A stretch of 64,000 bases of DNA from contig CM102287.1 of the NCBI GenBank assembly GCA_046563655.1, positions 10,416,001 to 10,480,000 on the forward strand, in the 5' to 3' direction. Below are positions 12,454 to 26,235 of this stretch, piece by piece. The notes beneath the pieces were generated by a model that ran no database searches, had not been told where the DNA came from, and was given only the letters and a program-made list of their open reading frames with translations. The first letter of the stretch is position 1; each line of letters begins with the position of its first letter. The translations under genes were made by a program, and so were the position numbers. The stretch comes from Yuukianura sp. NJ FZ-2021 (lineage: Eukaryota).

Positions 12454-15034
12454 ATGATGAAGACCACAGCAGGAGGGTGAGGAATTTAAACAGTTGTTTT
12501 TAATAACATGTGATCTTTAGTTTCTAAGTAATTGTTAAGTTAAATTTAACAAGTTAAGATTAAGTAATAGTGAAAGTAATCGTATCGTAGATTTGTTGTT
12601 TTCATTTCTGTGTGAAACAGTTTCCTTTTCCATGTGAAGATCGATTAGAAAAGTAGGGAATTGAGTTTCTAATTATCCTAAATTCTGTCCATGATTTCGA
12701 TTTCCCCCTGGACTTGTATGATTTGTGAAAGTAATTGAGTATGACTGGATTAATTGTAAGGAGAACGTTAGGGATGATTCTTATAAAAAGAGCTGCAGCT
12801 ACTTCCTGTCTTCTATTCTGCGTGTCAGTCCAAACTTATTCCCAACATGAGGCATCAACCGTTGTGTCAGAATTTCAATTCCTGTGGATTCATTTGCATC
12901 CAAGTGCTAATTTCACCCACTACTTTCTTGTCTAAAAAGTAAAGGAAGACATTGTTGTTTAGAAGAGGCAAGTGGAATATGAATGGAGTAATTTCGTGCC
13001 TCCTCATAATTCTCATTCCTTTTCCATGCTAATTTCAGAAGGCGAAGAAATGGGCATAATGAGGAAAGTACTTCAAGTGGGGTCAGTCACCCCAACCACC
13101 ATGGCCACCGAAGTCCCTTCTACACGCCACCAGTAGCTGCATTGTCGCCTCATGCTGGGCCACGCCCTTCCAGCCATCTACTCTCCAGCATTCGTGCCAA
13201 ATGAGCCTTCAGGGACTGAATTCGATCCAGAACAGACTTCGTTTGACATCTCAGAGTCCGATGGAAGAGGGATTAGCGACCACATCTACATTTTTTGAGC
13301 ATTTCTGGTCCTGATGAAAAGGAGACTCTGCGTGTCAAGCGTCAATTAGAAGTGGCATTGGAAATTACTCATCATGGAATGACTCTCCTCACAAATTAGC
13401 AGTATTTGACTAATTACTTTCTGCTCTTGGTCTCAAACTCACCCATTCCAGATGGAGCTACAAGCGTCGTCAGCATCTTCTGAAAAATATGCCCACTTTG
13501 TCTCCACTTCTGGAGTTCTGAATGCTTGGACTGGAACGCTGGTTGCTAACTTTTGCCTTAAAGAGAGCGTCTCCATGACAGTGTTTAAACTAAACTGTCG
13601 ACGGATTGCTCTCTTGTAGGTCAAAGTAGGTCAAAGAGAACTTCCAAGTTGGCCAAGTAGATTTCCGTTTCAAATTCCTCGCTGCTTTAAAGGAAACTGA
13701 CTTTAGGTTTGGATTAGGCTAGTTTTCGGTTAGTGTGAAGTAGTTGAAGTGTTTTGAGAGAGTGAGTTCCCTACCTGTGTCTCCCCCTCTTTTTATAGTG
13801 TCCAGATCCTAATGATCCATCTGCACCTTAAGTGTCCTCTATTTTCTACACTTCCTAATGACACTCATTAGCTTAAATCTCACTAAATGTCTCACTCATT
13901 AGCCAGTCCACTCCCCCGCTCTCCACTGTCCACTTCCAGCCACGTCGCAGCGATGACTGACGCTGGAAGGAGGATGAGGTGCGTCGTTGGGCGGAAGGAT
14001 GGTTGGTTTCCGGGAAAGAGCGGTGGGCATTGGGTGGGCACTTCAATTAGCACCCATTAACACCCCCATCATTCCCATGCTAATTCGAAATGCCACTCAC
14101 AAAACATGGTCGCAGCTTCCTCACTCCCAACCACACAAAACTTCATAACAAAGTCACACGGAAGCCAACTTTTCAAAATGAATTTCAATTTCTAAAATGA
14201 CTGTTTTTGTTGTTTGAACAGAATGGAAGTTTGTCCGGGAGCTGTCGTTTGTGTGGAAGCGGAGATACGCGGAAGTGTCAAGATTGGAAAGCACACGGTC
14301 GTCCATCCATACGCGAAAATCTACGCAACGAATGGACCAATTGTCATCGGAGAGTCAAACCTCATAGAAGAATTTACAACAATCGAAAACAAGTTAGAAC
14401 AACTTTTGAATTTTTAACTCTTTCTCAAAAAAGTTGGGTTTTTAGTTATTGGAAATTGTTTTTTTTTTAGATCTACCGAGCCTCTGATAATTGGAAACCA
14501 GAATGTGTTTGAAGTTCGATCGACAGTCAACGCTACGAGGATTGGAGATCAAAATGTGTTTGAAAGTTCATGTGAGTTTTACATCAATTTCAAATTCTGA
14601 ATCACCGAATCCACATTTTTCCATCAAAAATTTTCCACTCGTGGTTTAGTATGCATTGCAACGAACTGGTTTTGACTAATTTTGATTACCAATTTAATTT
14701 GTGTTTTTAGCGTTGGTTGGAGAAATTCCAGTTGGAAATGGAGTCACCTTTGGAGCTGGAACGAAAGTCACTGGCCAAACTCAGCTCTACGACAACTCAG
14801 TCCTCTTCGGAAATCCAATTCAACATCGCATCTCCAACGACCCACCTCAAGTAAAACACTTTTCATAACTTCGAATTTTCAAAAATTAAAATTTTGAATT
14901 TCGTTGAAATTCATGGTTGCATTCCTAAAATTGTGGTTGATATTTTCCAGAATCAAAACATGCAGATTGACTTTCTGTCCAGAATTCTACCAAATTACCA
15001 CAACATCATCAGCAGCAAAAAACAGACGAATTGA
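12454..15034 (+). CDS. DCTN6: Dynactin subunit 6 (p27), left-handed beta-helix
   Basis: Motifs [42 protein letters not shown] and C-terminal [13 protein letters not shown]. Exons 14222-14392, 14471-14571, 14711-14850, 14951-15034. The first exon is tentative (12454-12476, phase-compatible; an alternative begins near 14106). Confidence 0.9.
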
Positions 15035-15595
15035 ATTCCAGCAGCTCCAGAACTCCCTTCCGTCGTCGCTTCGTTTTTTTAAAATCCGTATTTTAAAAAT
15101 ATACTTTACAAATTGTTAAAAATGTTAAAGTTTGAATGCGTGTGAGTGTTTAAGTTTGTTTTTTGTTTCAGTTTGGTTGTGTTGATGATTGGGGAAGAGG
15201 AGAGTGACGAAAGAGTTTAATTAAATGAAGGTTTTGTGAATTGAGGTGGGCAAGGGTTGTGTTGAATTCAGTGGGAGTCGGAGCAGCAGCAGAACCACAA
15301 CATTTGTTGACAACTGACGCCAAAACAAACTTCCAGTGACATTGAAATCTGGAATCCAGCACAGTTCCAGCACATAACACTCCTCCGTAGTCTCTTTATC
15401 TGAGTGGAGAATGGAAGTGGACTTTGGACCCCTGGAGGGCCCCTCTGTCCCTTGCCCTTCACTCGTCTCTAGATTGTAGTGGAGAGTCCTTGTGCCACTG
15501 TTCTGTTGGTGATATTGTTGTGCTAATCGGAGCCTGGGGAGTCCCAGTGTCATTAACAAGTGTAATTAGCACTTGGGTGACAACAGTGGGTGACG

Positions 15596-17582
15596 ATGGC
15601 ACCCATCCACCAGCCTCCTGGTCCAGAACACACGACTGACATCCATCAACTGCGCCCTCACTTCCTCTCTGCCCAGCAACAGCATCACAACAACACTCCC
15701 GTCTTCTTCATACCTCCAAACGACTACGGTATGTTTACATTTTATTAACAACTAATTACAATTACATTTAGTTACTTTAAGTTAAGCGACAGGGCTTGAA
15801 GGGTCATGCTCAAAATTCAAAACGAAAGGAGTTAGCGTCAGGCAATCTTTTTAGTTGATCTTTCATAATAGAAAAGTGGTTTTTGATTTATGATTTTTTG
15901 GATATGGCGTTGAAAAAGTTCATTTTTTGAGGAGGACTTTGTGTTTTTTTTTCTAAAAGAGGAATGACCCTTGGAGCCCTCAAACAATTTTAAAGCTTTC
16001 CTTCTGTTTTTGTAGTGTATTTTTGGAAGGGGTTTGTAGTAGGCGTTTGTGTGATGCGCAGTTAGACTCGTTGTACTGGCAGTAATTGTCATTTTTAATT
16101 GGTGTTCCATTCCTGGATTGGGCATTGTTCTGCACTTCCTAAATGTGTCCCTTGCTTTCCTCAATCCAGCCATTGTTTGGTCCACGGATGGCCATGAGAC
16201 TCCAACGCCACTTGCCACTGCTCTCCATTCAATTAACATCCATTAACATTAACTTGTGACTGCAGGAGGTCAAAGGGCATCTTGGAAATTGATGACGAAG
16301 GAGTTGATCTGGTTGGAGTTGGATTTGGTGTACGAGATTTGTAGTTCAAGGCACGGTCAGTTCCAAAGGCCTTGAACAACAAAAGGAACTTGGTTCTATT
16401 GTCTCCCTTCCCCTCCTCCTATGGAATATGGAATATTTGGGATGTGGAATGAAATAGAATTGTTGAGAATAGACTAGATCCAGTCTAGAATGAGGAGCTA
16501 ATTACTAATTGACACTTTCATGTGCCATTCCAGGGGAAGCGACGCTCGAGGAACAAGTGGACCACTTGCTCATCCTCCTTGCTACTCTCCTCCCTCTACT
16601 TCTAGCCATCTCCATCATCGCAGCACTCGCAATTCTATTCAGGTATAAAAAATATTTCCAAATCTCTCTTCAGATCACTTCCAACTTACGCAAATTCAAA
16701 ATCCAAAGCCCAAATCTTTTTTCCCACGTTCAACGAATTTAACGTCATTCGGAAAATTTATGGGTTTGGGGGAAGGCAGTTCCTAGAATCAGAAAAACAA
16801 TTTTTCAGGGTGGATTTTAAGTTTTAGTTTTTGGATTTTCAGTTTGAGTGAAATATATTTTTAAAAAGCGGAACTTTAGAGCAAGTGACCTTTGACTTGG
16901 AAAAAATTGAAAAGCGGGAAGTAACTTTGTGTGGTTTGGAAATTGAAGATTCATGGTCAAAGCTCTTGACTAGTTAATCAGAAAGGCTAACCTCCAGTAG
17001 TGACGCTACTCCAAACAATTGACCTTGGAAGTTAATTGATTGTGAAAGTGGAAACTAATTGTTTGTCTTTGTTTCTCCAGAAGAATGAAAAATACGGCAT
17101 CAGAATCCAGGATTTGCGAGAGTGGAGCCATGGCAGAGGACTCCTTCAGTTCCCTGCCCACACCCACGCCATGGTGGCGCGAAGAGAGTCTGAGCATGTC
17201 AAAGGTCACAGGTCACTCTGTGTCCATGCCCCACCTCCTGCTCTCTGAGTCCCACTCCATGAGTCTGCCCCACCTCTTGGCCATCGAATCCTACTACAAC
17301 TACCCTTCCACCGCCTCTATTCTCGAGGAAACTTTCCAGGATGTGGTGGACCAGGCCAAGATCCAGGCAGAACTCTCCAGCGACCCACCAGTCCCACCGA
17401 AGAAGCTCAAAAGATCAGTTTCACTCAAGAGTCTCCGACGTCTGCGCAGGCGCATTCTGCACATCCTTTCATTCCGAAAACGACACCGACGAGCGGCAGC
17501 ACAGCCCGAAACGAACATCTTCAATTTATCCACTCTGCCAGTGGAAACTCGGCAGCAACTGAAGCAAATCTACGTCTACTGA
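15596..17582 (+). CDS. Uncharacterised single-pass membrane protein ending ...QQLKQIYVY
   Basis: Phase-compatible exons 15596-15728, 16534-16642 and 17081-17582. Hydrophobic helix LLILLATLLPLLLAISIIAALAILF is followed by RRMK. Confidence 0.7.
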
Positions 17583-18010
17583 CCAATTTTCACTTGACCC
17601 CTGACCTTGCAGTTCAAATGGAAATCTAATCCTGACACCTCTGTTTTTATTTATTTTACAACATCCAAGCTTACAACTTACAAAAGTGTAAGTTCCTTTT
17701 AATGTCCCACTTGTTCCGAATGAATAAATCAAACATTGATTTTAATCAAAACACGGATCTTAATGGATTAATACTAAGCATAAGTTAAAAAGAGAAAGAC
17801 AAGGTAAACCATAAAATTAGGACTAAATAAATGAAATAATAAAATAAAGATTTATAAAAGTAATTGAAGTATTTAAGTACAACAGTTGAAGACACACTTC
17901 ACAAAATCCGAAACTAGCCTAACTATTACCTAAAGTGCTAACTTAGCGTGGGAATACTTGATTTGGAGTAATACTTGTAATAATTTCAGTGGTAATTCCA
18001 GTTGAGGTGC

Positions 18011-19870
18011 TCAGTAGAGTTCCTCCTCCTCTTCTGCCGCAAAGTCCCCCTCTCTATCCACATCTTCAATCAAATCAGACAAACCAAACAGTGGAAAGTC
18101 CTCTACGGAAGCGGCAGTGTTGGCAGGAGGGGGGTTGGGGCCAGGAGGGGGCTTTTTCAAGGTCGTCTGCACCCCACGACGCTTCATGTAGGCGCAGAGA
18201 GTAGTTCTGGGAATCTCATAAGTAACTGCTGCTTGTCGAACTGTCGTTCCGGACAGAGCCAACTTCATGGCCGCTTCCAGCCGCTCTGCTCGATCACCCG
18301 ATTCGAAACTCACTCCGCCAGGTCGTCTCTTCACCGATCCAGACGCCGATCCCTTCCGAATCGACTCCTCTTCGGCTAAACTCGGAATCACTGCAAATAC
18401 AAATCAAATACTAAAGTTCCACAATCCAAATTAACATTTAAATTGATTCACAAAAATTCCAGAGTAAACAGTTTCATAAAAACAGGAAACCAAATACTTG
18501 GAACTTCACATCTGGACATTAAAATTCACAAACTGTTTACATGATATTACAAAATGATGTTAAAAATAAAACTGGACCTGAATGTTTACCTGGAAGAATT
18601 TCGTATGGATTTCCATTACTCAAATCTTCTGCTTCTCGTTGCTTCCATTTGGCGATTGTTTTGCGAGGAATTCCGAATGAGTCCGAACACTGCCGAAGGG
18701 AGGCTCCGCCTTGAAGAGAACTCAAAACGCTGTCACGAACTTCCTGGCTGTACTTGTACACTCCCTTACGCTGGTGTCCCGAACCACCTCCACTGGCAAC
18801 CTACAATTTCAAAAGAGAATAAAGTATTGGCAGTTTATAAATAATATTGGCAGTATTTTAGTCAGTACCTCAACTTGTGAAGGATCTTTTCCGCTCACTT
18901 CATCTGCAGATTGAGAGTCTGAATCAGAAGTTACTGCGCTCTCTCCCACTGAAGTTTCAACCTCTGCAATCTCTAGCTCGTTTTCATCATCATCTCCCTA
19001 AAAAAACACAAAATGAATCAAAATACACAATAAAAATGCATAATATGTTTATGTTTGTAATTTTTAAAATACCATTTCGTGATCATGGTCTTCCTCCTTT
19101 TTGATGCTGACTGGCTCAGCAGTAGCGTCTCTCAGATGCTCCAACAATTGACTCTGCTGAAGTCGTTCAGTAATCACATCCGATGTTGGCAGTTTCGGCT
19201 AAAAAGAAAACTATTAACAACTGAAGCTGCCGGAATAAGATTTTTATAAGTTTTTTACCTTGTTCCAGTCTCCATTGGAGTTCCCTTGACTTTGTGACTT
19301 GGTAGAAAGTACAGCAGCATTCATTGGTTTCTGGATTTTGATGAGACGTGGTGGAGCAGAAACGACAGCTTTGCGTTTGAGTCCAACTTTTGGTGGTGGT
19401 TGTTGCTGAGGTAGAATTTGAGATGCATTTGGAGCTGGTCGAGTTCTGACATTGGAGAGACCAAGGTCCTTGGCAATGTCTTCATCAATGATTCCCTCTT
19501 CCCCTGCAAATCCCTTGATACGCAGTGATTCTGCAATGGCAGACACACGTCTGAGCTTCTCTTCGCTGATTGTAATCTCTCCGTTGTACAAGTACTCAAT
19601 GAGGATTTTGAGTTCCCAGAATTTGACATCTTTGAGGTAGATGATCGTGTTGGCAGTGGCTGCATCCGGAAACTCATTTGAATTGAGGAGACTTTCAAAG
19701 TACTCTGAAGCAGAAGCCAGGATCATCCGATGACAACGAATCCTCTGACCCTCACAGGCAAGAGTCACGTCAGCAAAGTTTTCATTCTGCAAGTAACGAC
19801 GTAAGTTGCTGCGAAGAACTCCCGTGAAATTGTTCCATTTGACACGATAGATTTCCCGTGCTGGAGCCAT
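18011..19870 (-). CDS. Tramtrack-type BTB/POZ transcription factor with two Psq-like helix-turn-helix motifs
   Basis: BTB: YRVKWNN...FADVTLACEGQRIRCHRMILASASEYF. HTH motifs SLRQCSDSFGIPRKTI and TVRQAAVTYEIPRTTL. Exons 19870-19259, 19198-19073, 18997-18869, 18800-18590, 18390-18011. Confidence 0.92.
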
Positions 19871-21546
19871 TCCTGTTATCAAAACAAACGTTACGTTACG
19901 TTACGACATAAAAACGACATAATAAAGCATAAGACTGAATGATATGACATTTGACTTACTTTTTCCGAACAACACTACTTCTTTTGCCGCTGATTCCAAT
20001 GAATCATAGGTTGCTACTCGTACCAGAAGTGGATCGATTATGAGATGACTGTGCTTATCGACTGACGACGAGTGACTGGTCTAAAATGGTTCGGCTGAGA
20101 TCAAAGTCCTGGATGTGAATAAGAAACTGAATACAAACAATAGTGAGGAATGGAAGTGCCCATGACAACAGAATGTACTTACGGTTGAAAGGTGTGAATA
20201 ATTTGAGTGTCCGATTGAGTGTCGTGTGAATGATGTCGTGGTCCAGATGCTGAGAGTGTGGGTAGTGCATGTATCGTCATGGAGGAGAGTATAGCTAGAG
20301 ATTCGGACAAGACAGGAGTGTTCGGTTGGGCCACGGGCAGGACAAGAGGGAGACTCCACGATCCGACACCATCCTGGCCTGACATTGGACGCAGCCTAGG
20401 ATCCCGTCTGTCACTTTCTCTGTCACCTCATCCCACTTTACCACTTAGGACTTTAGTACACACAAAAAACACATCCATCCAAAATACACACACCCGACAC
20501 CAGCCGCTGGACACAGGCCTAAAACATAGACTATTAACCTGTATTAAACAAGGTAAATTCCGAATGAGAACGCATTTTTGCATTAGTAACTAAGATATAA
20601 TAATGATTAATAATATTAGCAATCATTATCTTTATGCTAGAAACGTATTTTGCAACATTAGAGTGCGAGGAACGTCGGAACAACATAATTCAGGGACTCA
20701 GCAGAACGAAAACTAATTACTATTTTAGCATCGGAACTAAAATTAGTAATTTTTATATTAATAATTATAATATTAATAATAATTATCATTATCACAGAAA
20801 CACATTTTACGACGTTAAAATATGATGAATTTACTTGCATAAGAACAGCGTAATCAAGAAACTAAGCTGAAAGTTTACGTTATCACAATGTAAAGTTTTT
20901 GAGTGAATAATTAAATAAAAAGTGTGTAATATGATTAACTAATTTAATTAATAGCTTTTGCAGTAGAAATTGTTGCTAAAAATTGAGAAAGGTAAAAGCC
21001 ATCAGCTGATTGTTGTCGGGTGTGTGCAGATTGGTATTCCTGTGTTTACACTTTTATCTTATCGACAAAAGTTATCTGGACAAGATTGTGGAGGTGTCAA
21101 AAATCAACATCAGCCACTTCGCACCTCGTAAATTGAAGACAATCAGCTGTTCTTGATGAGTTGTTCATTTTGCGTGTGTCCTTGGTACATTCAAGGATTA
21201 ACCATTAATTATCGGCCATAAACTTAATTGCAGAACCACAACCACAGTAGCTTTCAGTGATTACTCAGCTTTAAGCATAAGGTTAGCAACAGGACAGAAA
21301 CAATATGGACGGTAAGTGACGTTTCATTTTGCGTATCATGGACAGCTGCTTAGTAATTTCATATTGAAACTTAAGCTTCCTTTTAATCTTGATTAGGGAA
21401 GTGGATCTAACATAGAAGAGTGCGTGTAATGTAGTTTGTCCAGTCACCCATCGCATTCCGCCTCCAGGAAAAACAGGTTTCTTGACTGCCCACGCCGGAT
21501 CAACTGACCACCACGCTTTGCATCTTTTACCACAAGAATCTTTGCC

Positions 21547-23159
21547 ATGAGTTCATCCAGAGTCCAAATAGAGATCGAGGAAGAAGCATCCCACAGCCTC
21601 CTTAGAATGGGAGGACACAGTGAAGAGGAAAGTGACAAGGAACCCTTGACCAATGGACAACTAAAGACACCTCCTCAACCAAAGGTCAACGGGGTCAAGA
21701 AGGGAACTGAACCTATCGAGAGACACACTTCACAGTACATGCTCAAAATATGGTCAGCACTGTTCTACGCTGCTGCCTCCTTCCTCATCACAGTCGTCAA
21801 CAAACTTGTACTCACAAGCGAAAAGTAACAACTACTCATCAATTATCAATTTTAATCAACTTCACTCTTCCTAAACTAATTGAATTTCTACTTTGTACTG
21901 TGTAGGTTCCCATCCTTCCAAGTGTTGGCACTTGGGCAGATAGTCTCAACAGTTGTGATTCTGTACTGTGCGAAATCATTGAACTACGTATCTTTTCCCA
22001 ACTTATCAAAAAGCACCTTCGGCAAGGTACGTTTTACAATTCTCATAAGGTCATAATGGAATTTTGTATTGAATTCGATGTGTTTTTATTATAGATCTTC
22101 CCATTGCCAATTCTGTTTCTGGGAAACGCAGTGACTGGTCTGGGAGGGACGAAGGAACTCAGTCTACCGATGTTCACTGCTCTACGAAGATTCTCCATTC
22201 TGTTGACCATGATTCTAGAGTTCTACATCCTCGCGTAATTATTACTTTGCATTATTATTATTAATTTCAACTCTGCTCAACAGTTGATAAAGAATGTCTT
22301 TTTGATTTAGAGTGAAGCCGAGTCTTTCCGTTCAGTTTTCCGTCTACACAATGATCGCTGGAGCTTTAATAGCAGCGAGGTACAAACTTCCTTTCATAAA
22401 CAACCGAATTTAAGCTACTTAACATTGTCATCCGTTGACGGGTCAAGTTGTAAGTGACTTCCAATGTTATTTTGGTTTGTTTCAGCAATGACCTGACGTT
22501 TACCCCCAGTGGCTACACTCTCGTCATGCTCAACAACATCTTCACTGCCACGAATGGAGTGTACACCAAGAAACGACTGGAATCGAAGGAATACGGGACT
22601 TATGGACTCATGTTCTACAATGCACTCTTCGTCCTCTTCCCCTTTGCCATCCTCGCTCTCGCCACTGGAGAAATACACAAAGTAAGGATTCGTTTCACTA
22701 ATCGATTAGTCCAAAGTCTCTTTTCAATTTTACTTTGATGAATTTTAGTTGTATGACATGAGAATTTAAGAGTGAAAAATTGATGAGTTGGATGAATTAG
22801 GTGATTGATGTTTTTGCAGGCGATGGAGTTCGAGGGGTGGTTGGATCCAGTATTTCTCGTCTACTTCTTCCTGTCCTGTGTGATGGGGTTCGTTTTAAAC
22901 GCAAGTGTGGTGTTATGCACTCAGCATAACTCTGCCTTGACCACGACGATCATCGGTTGTTTGAAGAACGTGAGTGTGACTTACTTGGGCATGTTCATCG
23001 GAGGAGACTATGTCTACCACCCTCTCAACTTCCTCGGAATCAACATCAGGTAAAACACGCAATGGAATACTTGAGTGCAATTAAGCAAAGAACTAATTAC
23101 TTTTCACTTCCAGTGTCATTGGGAGCCTCATCTACACTTACGTGACCTTTCGGCGCTGA
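21547..23159 (+). CDS. frc: UDP-sugar transporter, SLC35D family (fringe connection-like)
   Basis: Motifs [52 protein letters not shown] and [14 protein letters not shown]; about 7 exons. Confidence 0.88.
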
Positions 23160-23665
23160 ATGTGTCGCTTCCTCAAGTCTGATCTTCGGATGCTGCTGAG
23201 TTAAGGCCATTTTTATACGGGATGCTCAACGCAGGAGCTTAACTTAGCCTTTACTTTCTCCAAAACTAGGACTCTCACCGGCATCTTTTAATTTTTACTT
23301 GGAAAAATATACAGAACAAACCGGTTACTGAACCAATGCAGAGCTGTATCACAATTTATACCGAAATTTAAAAAGAACTAAAATTCGGTTTCGAAATGTC
23401 TAAAATGTTTTGTTTTATTGGGGATTGATGATTGTGTGGAAATGGCAGACGCACCTTTGCCAAGTATATTTTGAATTGCATTTGTGGTTGACCTGTGATT
23501 GGGGAAAGGTAATTACTCGTGTAATTCGGTAGTTCGTGTTTGTGGTGAGATTAATTACCGCAATTAAGTGGCAGTTGGAGGGGGAGCTGATTATGTGTTG
23601 TTCCTGGACTCAGTTCCAGTCGGAATGGACTCCAGTCTCTCCTTCTGGACAATTTAACAACCCAA

Positions 23666-24165
23666 ATGAACCATTTCCACTCTTTTCTCCTCATTTTGTT
23701 CATCGGGATCGGGGTAACTCTGGCAGAGGACTTCCGTAAGTTACTTTCAATCATTCCAAGTCAAGTACAGGTCAAAGGTCACGCTTACTTTGTCTTTAAA
23801 GTTGAGCATTTGCTGAGGAGCCACCATCTCCATGAGATTCCGCAACTGAGCAAGTTGAACATGGGGTCAGACAACATCTACATTGGCAGAAACCGGAAGA
23901 ATGAACCAGAGTTTAGCATGTCGTTCCAGAAATATGCAGGAGGTAACTAACTTGACATAATTTTAGTTTGTAAAATGTGGAACAGAGGTCAGAGGTCAAT
24001 TTTTTCCAAGGTGGCCCCCATGGTCAGTCGGAGATCTTCAATATCGAGATGACTGGGGAGGGTCCCGTGGCCAAAACGTCGAGAGTGAAGGGGGCCATCA
24101 GCGAAGAGGAACCGGAAGAGAAAGGTCACGCTGGAAATGCTGCGAGCGAGGAGCCGGAAGAGTAG
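23666..24165 (+). CDS. Small putative secreted protein with an acidic tail
   Basis: Signal-peptide-like MNHFHSFLLILFIGIGVTLA. Exons 23666-23735, 23802-23942 and 24011-24165 are phase-compatible. Confidence 0.6.
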
Positions 24166-24863
24166 TTGACTTTACGCAAATTTAATGTACATTTAACATT
24201 CTCCTTTCTCCATGTAAGACGAATAGTCCAATTAACAATTGGTCCATCAACACAAACCTTAATTTTCATTATTTAACTGCAATTTCGCTAAGGGTGAAAA
24301 CTACTTTCTCCGTAGAAAAAAAATAATACGGCGCAAAAAGCTTCCCTGTTGCCAAAAAAAAAGTTCCTTTCAATCACACTTTTTTTAAAACGAAACCTCA
24401 ACGTTTTTTAACCAGAGAAAGCACCTTTGTGCAGTTTCTCTCTTTTTCTTACTTTTTCCTGTCTTTTAGTTGAGATTGAAGTGTAAGTTTGATGGTTGTG
24501 AGGTTGAGTTTGTAATCGGTGTGACTTTGGAGAAAGCGAGGAGGGGAGAAAGCACTTTTTGTGAGGGTTGATTTGTGGCTGTGGTCATTGGGAGAAAGGA
24601 GCACTCTGTCCCTCTGCCAGTTCAGCATCATTTACCCCCACCACGCCCACTTCCACTTTCACCACCACCATCCACACTCAATTACCATCACACAACCAAT
24701 TAGTTCCTCTCCTACTTAGGTCAGAGGGACTCCAAGGCCCCTTCAAGGGCCCTCTGACTCACGACTGTCGCTGGAAGGGACAAAGGGCGGAGTGGAAAGT
24801 GATTAATGAGACTGCATGGTGGAGTGATTGGTTTCCATTAATTATGAGTCCTCATTCTTTATT

Positions 24864-26235
24864 CTACTTAGCAAGTGAGTAGTGGGGGGGTTTGGGGGTG
24901 GAGCGATGTGGGGGGTACAGGTGCTGGACAACGCTTTTCTCCATTTCTTGATGCTGCGACCGAACTGCGAACCGATTTACGTGCACTGGAATTGGAACCA
25001 CAATCTTCCCACCTCCATCAGACCCACTTCTGCCCCCCACACGCGGAACAGCACTCATTCCTAAAATAATTCAAAAACTAAAGTCAAATTGTGACTTTTG
25101 AAAGTAGTGACCTTTGACCTCACCTCCTGCCTTCACTCGTTTCCACTTGGCCCTTCTGTTCTGAAACCAAATCTTCACTTGGACTTCACTCAGACGCAGA
25201 GAGCGGGCAATTTCTGATCGTTCAGTGAGGCTCAAGTACTTCTTCGCTTGGAACTCTCGCTCTAGCTCAAGCAACTTTAGGGAAATTTTAAAAATTTTGA
25301 AAACATTCACTATTTTAGGAGAAGTATATTTCGAAAAAGAAAATAAACCTGTTCACTGGTGAAAGCTGTTCGTCTTCTGCGTGTTTTAGCCACCGTAGAA
25401 TCCTTCCCACACAAAACTGACCCACCAACGTCACCACATTCTACGCAATCAACAAATCTACATCAATCTACCTTCAAACAACATTTTCAACTTGCGTCTT
25501 TTCGGAAAAGTAAAAGTCAGTACTACTTTTTAAATTTTGTAAAACATAAATTTTTAAAATTGATTTAAAGGCCAAGTGAAAAATAAATAATAACATATTT
25601 GTGTCAACACTTGCTGAAATTGCAAAGTTTTCATTCGATGACGGTATTGTCTAAACTTTCGCTTTGTTTCAAGTTTTGTTTACTACAACTTGTCTCTTTT
25701 TCAAAAAGTAAAAGTTAGCTCAACTTTCTAAATTCTTAATTTTTTTAAAATCCAAACTTTTCAAATTCGGGTAAACGCCAAATGAAACATAAACAATAAC
25801 ATAGCTGGATGAAAACATGTAGAAATTCGAGTATTTTTGTGAAACGACGTTCAACGACTTCAGAACTTTCACTTTGGTTTGAAGCTTTCTCTCTTTAGTT
25901 TTTAGTTTTAGTTTAGTTTTTAGAATATTTTGAAGTATTTTACCTGAAGGAGTTGTGGGTGACCTTGAAGTGTCTGAAGATGGGCTGAGTTGTGATTTTG
26001 GTGATGCTGGGGGAGGAGAGTCTCTTGTGTGGGTGGCTGAGCTGTGGTGGGACAAGTCCTGAGGGTGGGTGGGGAGCAGGGCTGCGTTGTGGAGGTGGGA
26101 CAGGGCAGAGAACCCACCATAGTAACTCAGCCCCCCATCAGGGGGTGGAAACAACCAAGGACTCAAGAGGGAGCCCAGTCCTCGGGGGGACATGAGGGAC
26201 TCAATAGAGAAGTTGGAGAACTCTTTCCTCTCCAT
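24864..26235 (-). CDS. unpg: Gbx-class homeobox protein (unplugged)
   Basis: Homeodomain [59 protein letters not shown]-terminal eh1-like FSIESLM, and Gbx C-terminal [20 protein letters not shown]; 4 exons. Confidence 0.95.

Noticed and set aside
13039..13299. Plus-strand frame interrupted by a single TAG (possible readthrough) or an alternative DCTN6 exon
   Set aside because: Short, with no recognisable homology and no supporting signal; equally explained by chance or by an antisense unit.
19888..19906. (CGTTA)n short repeat in a BTB gene intron
   Set aside because: Ordinary three-copy microsatellite.
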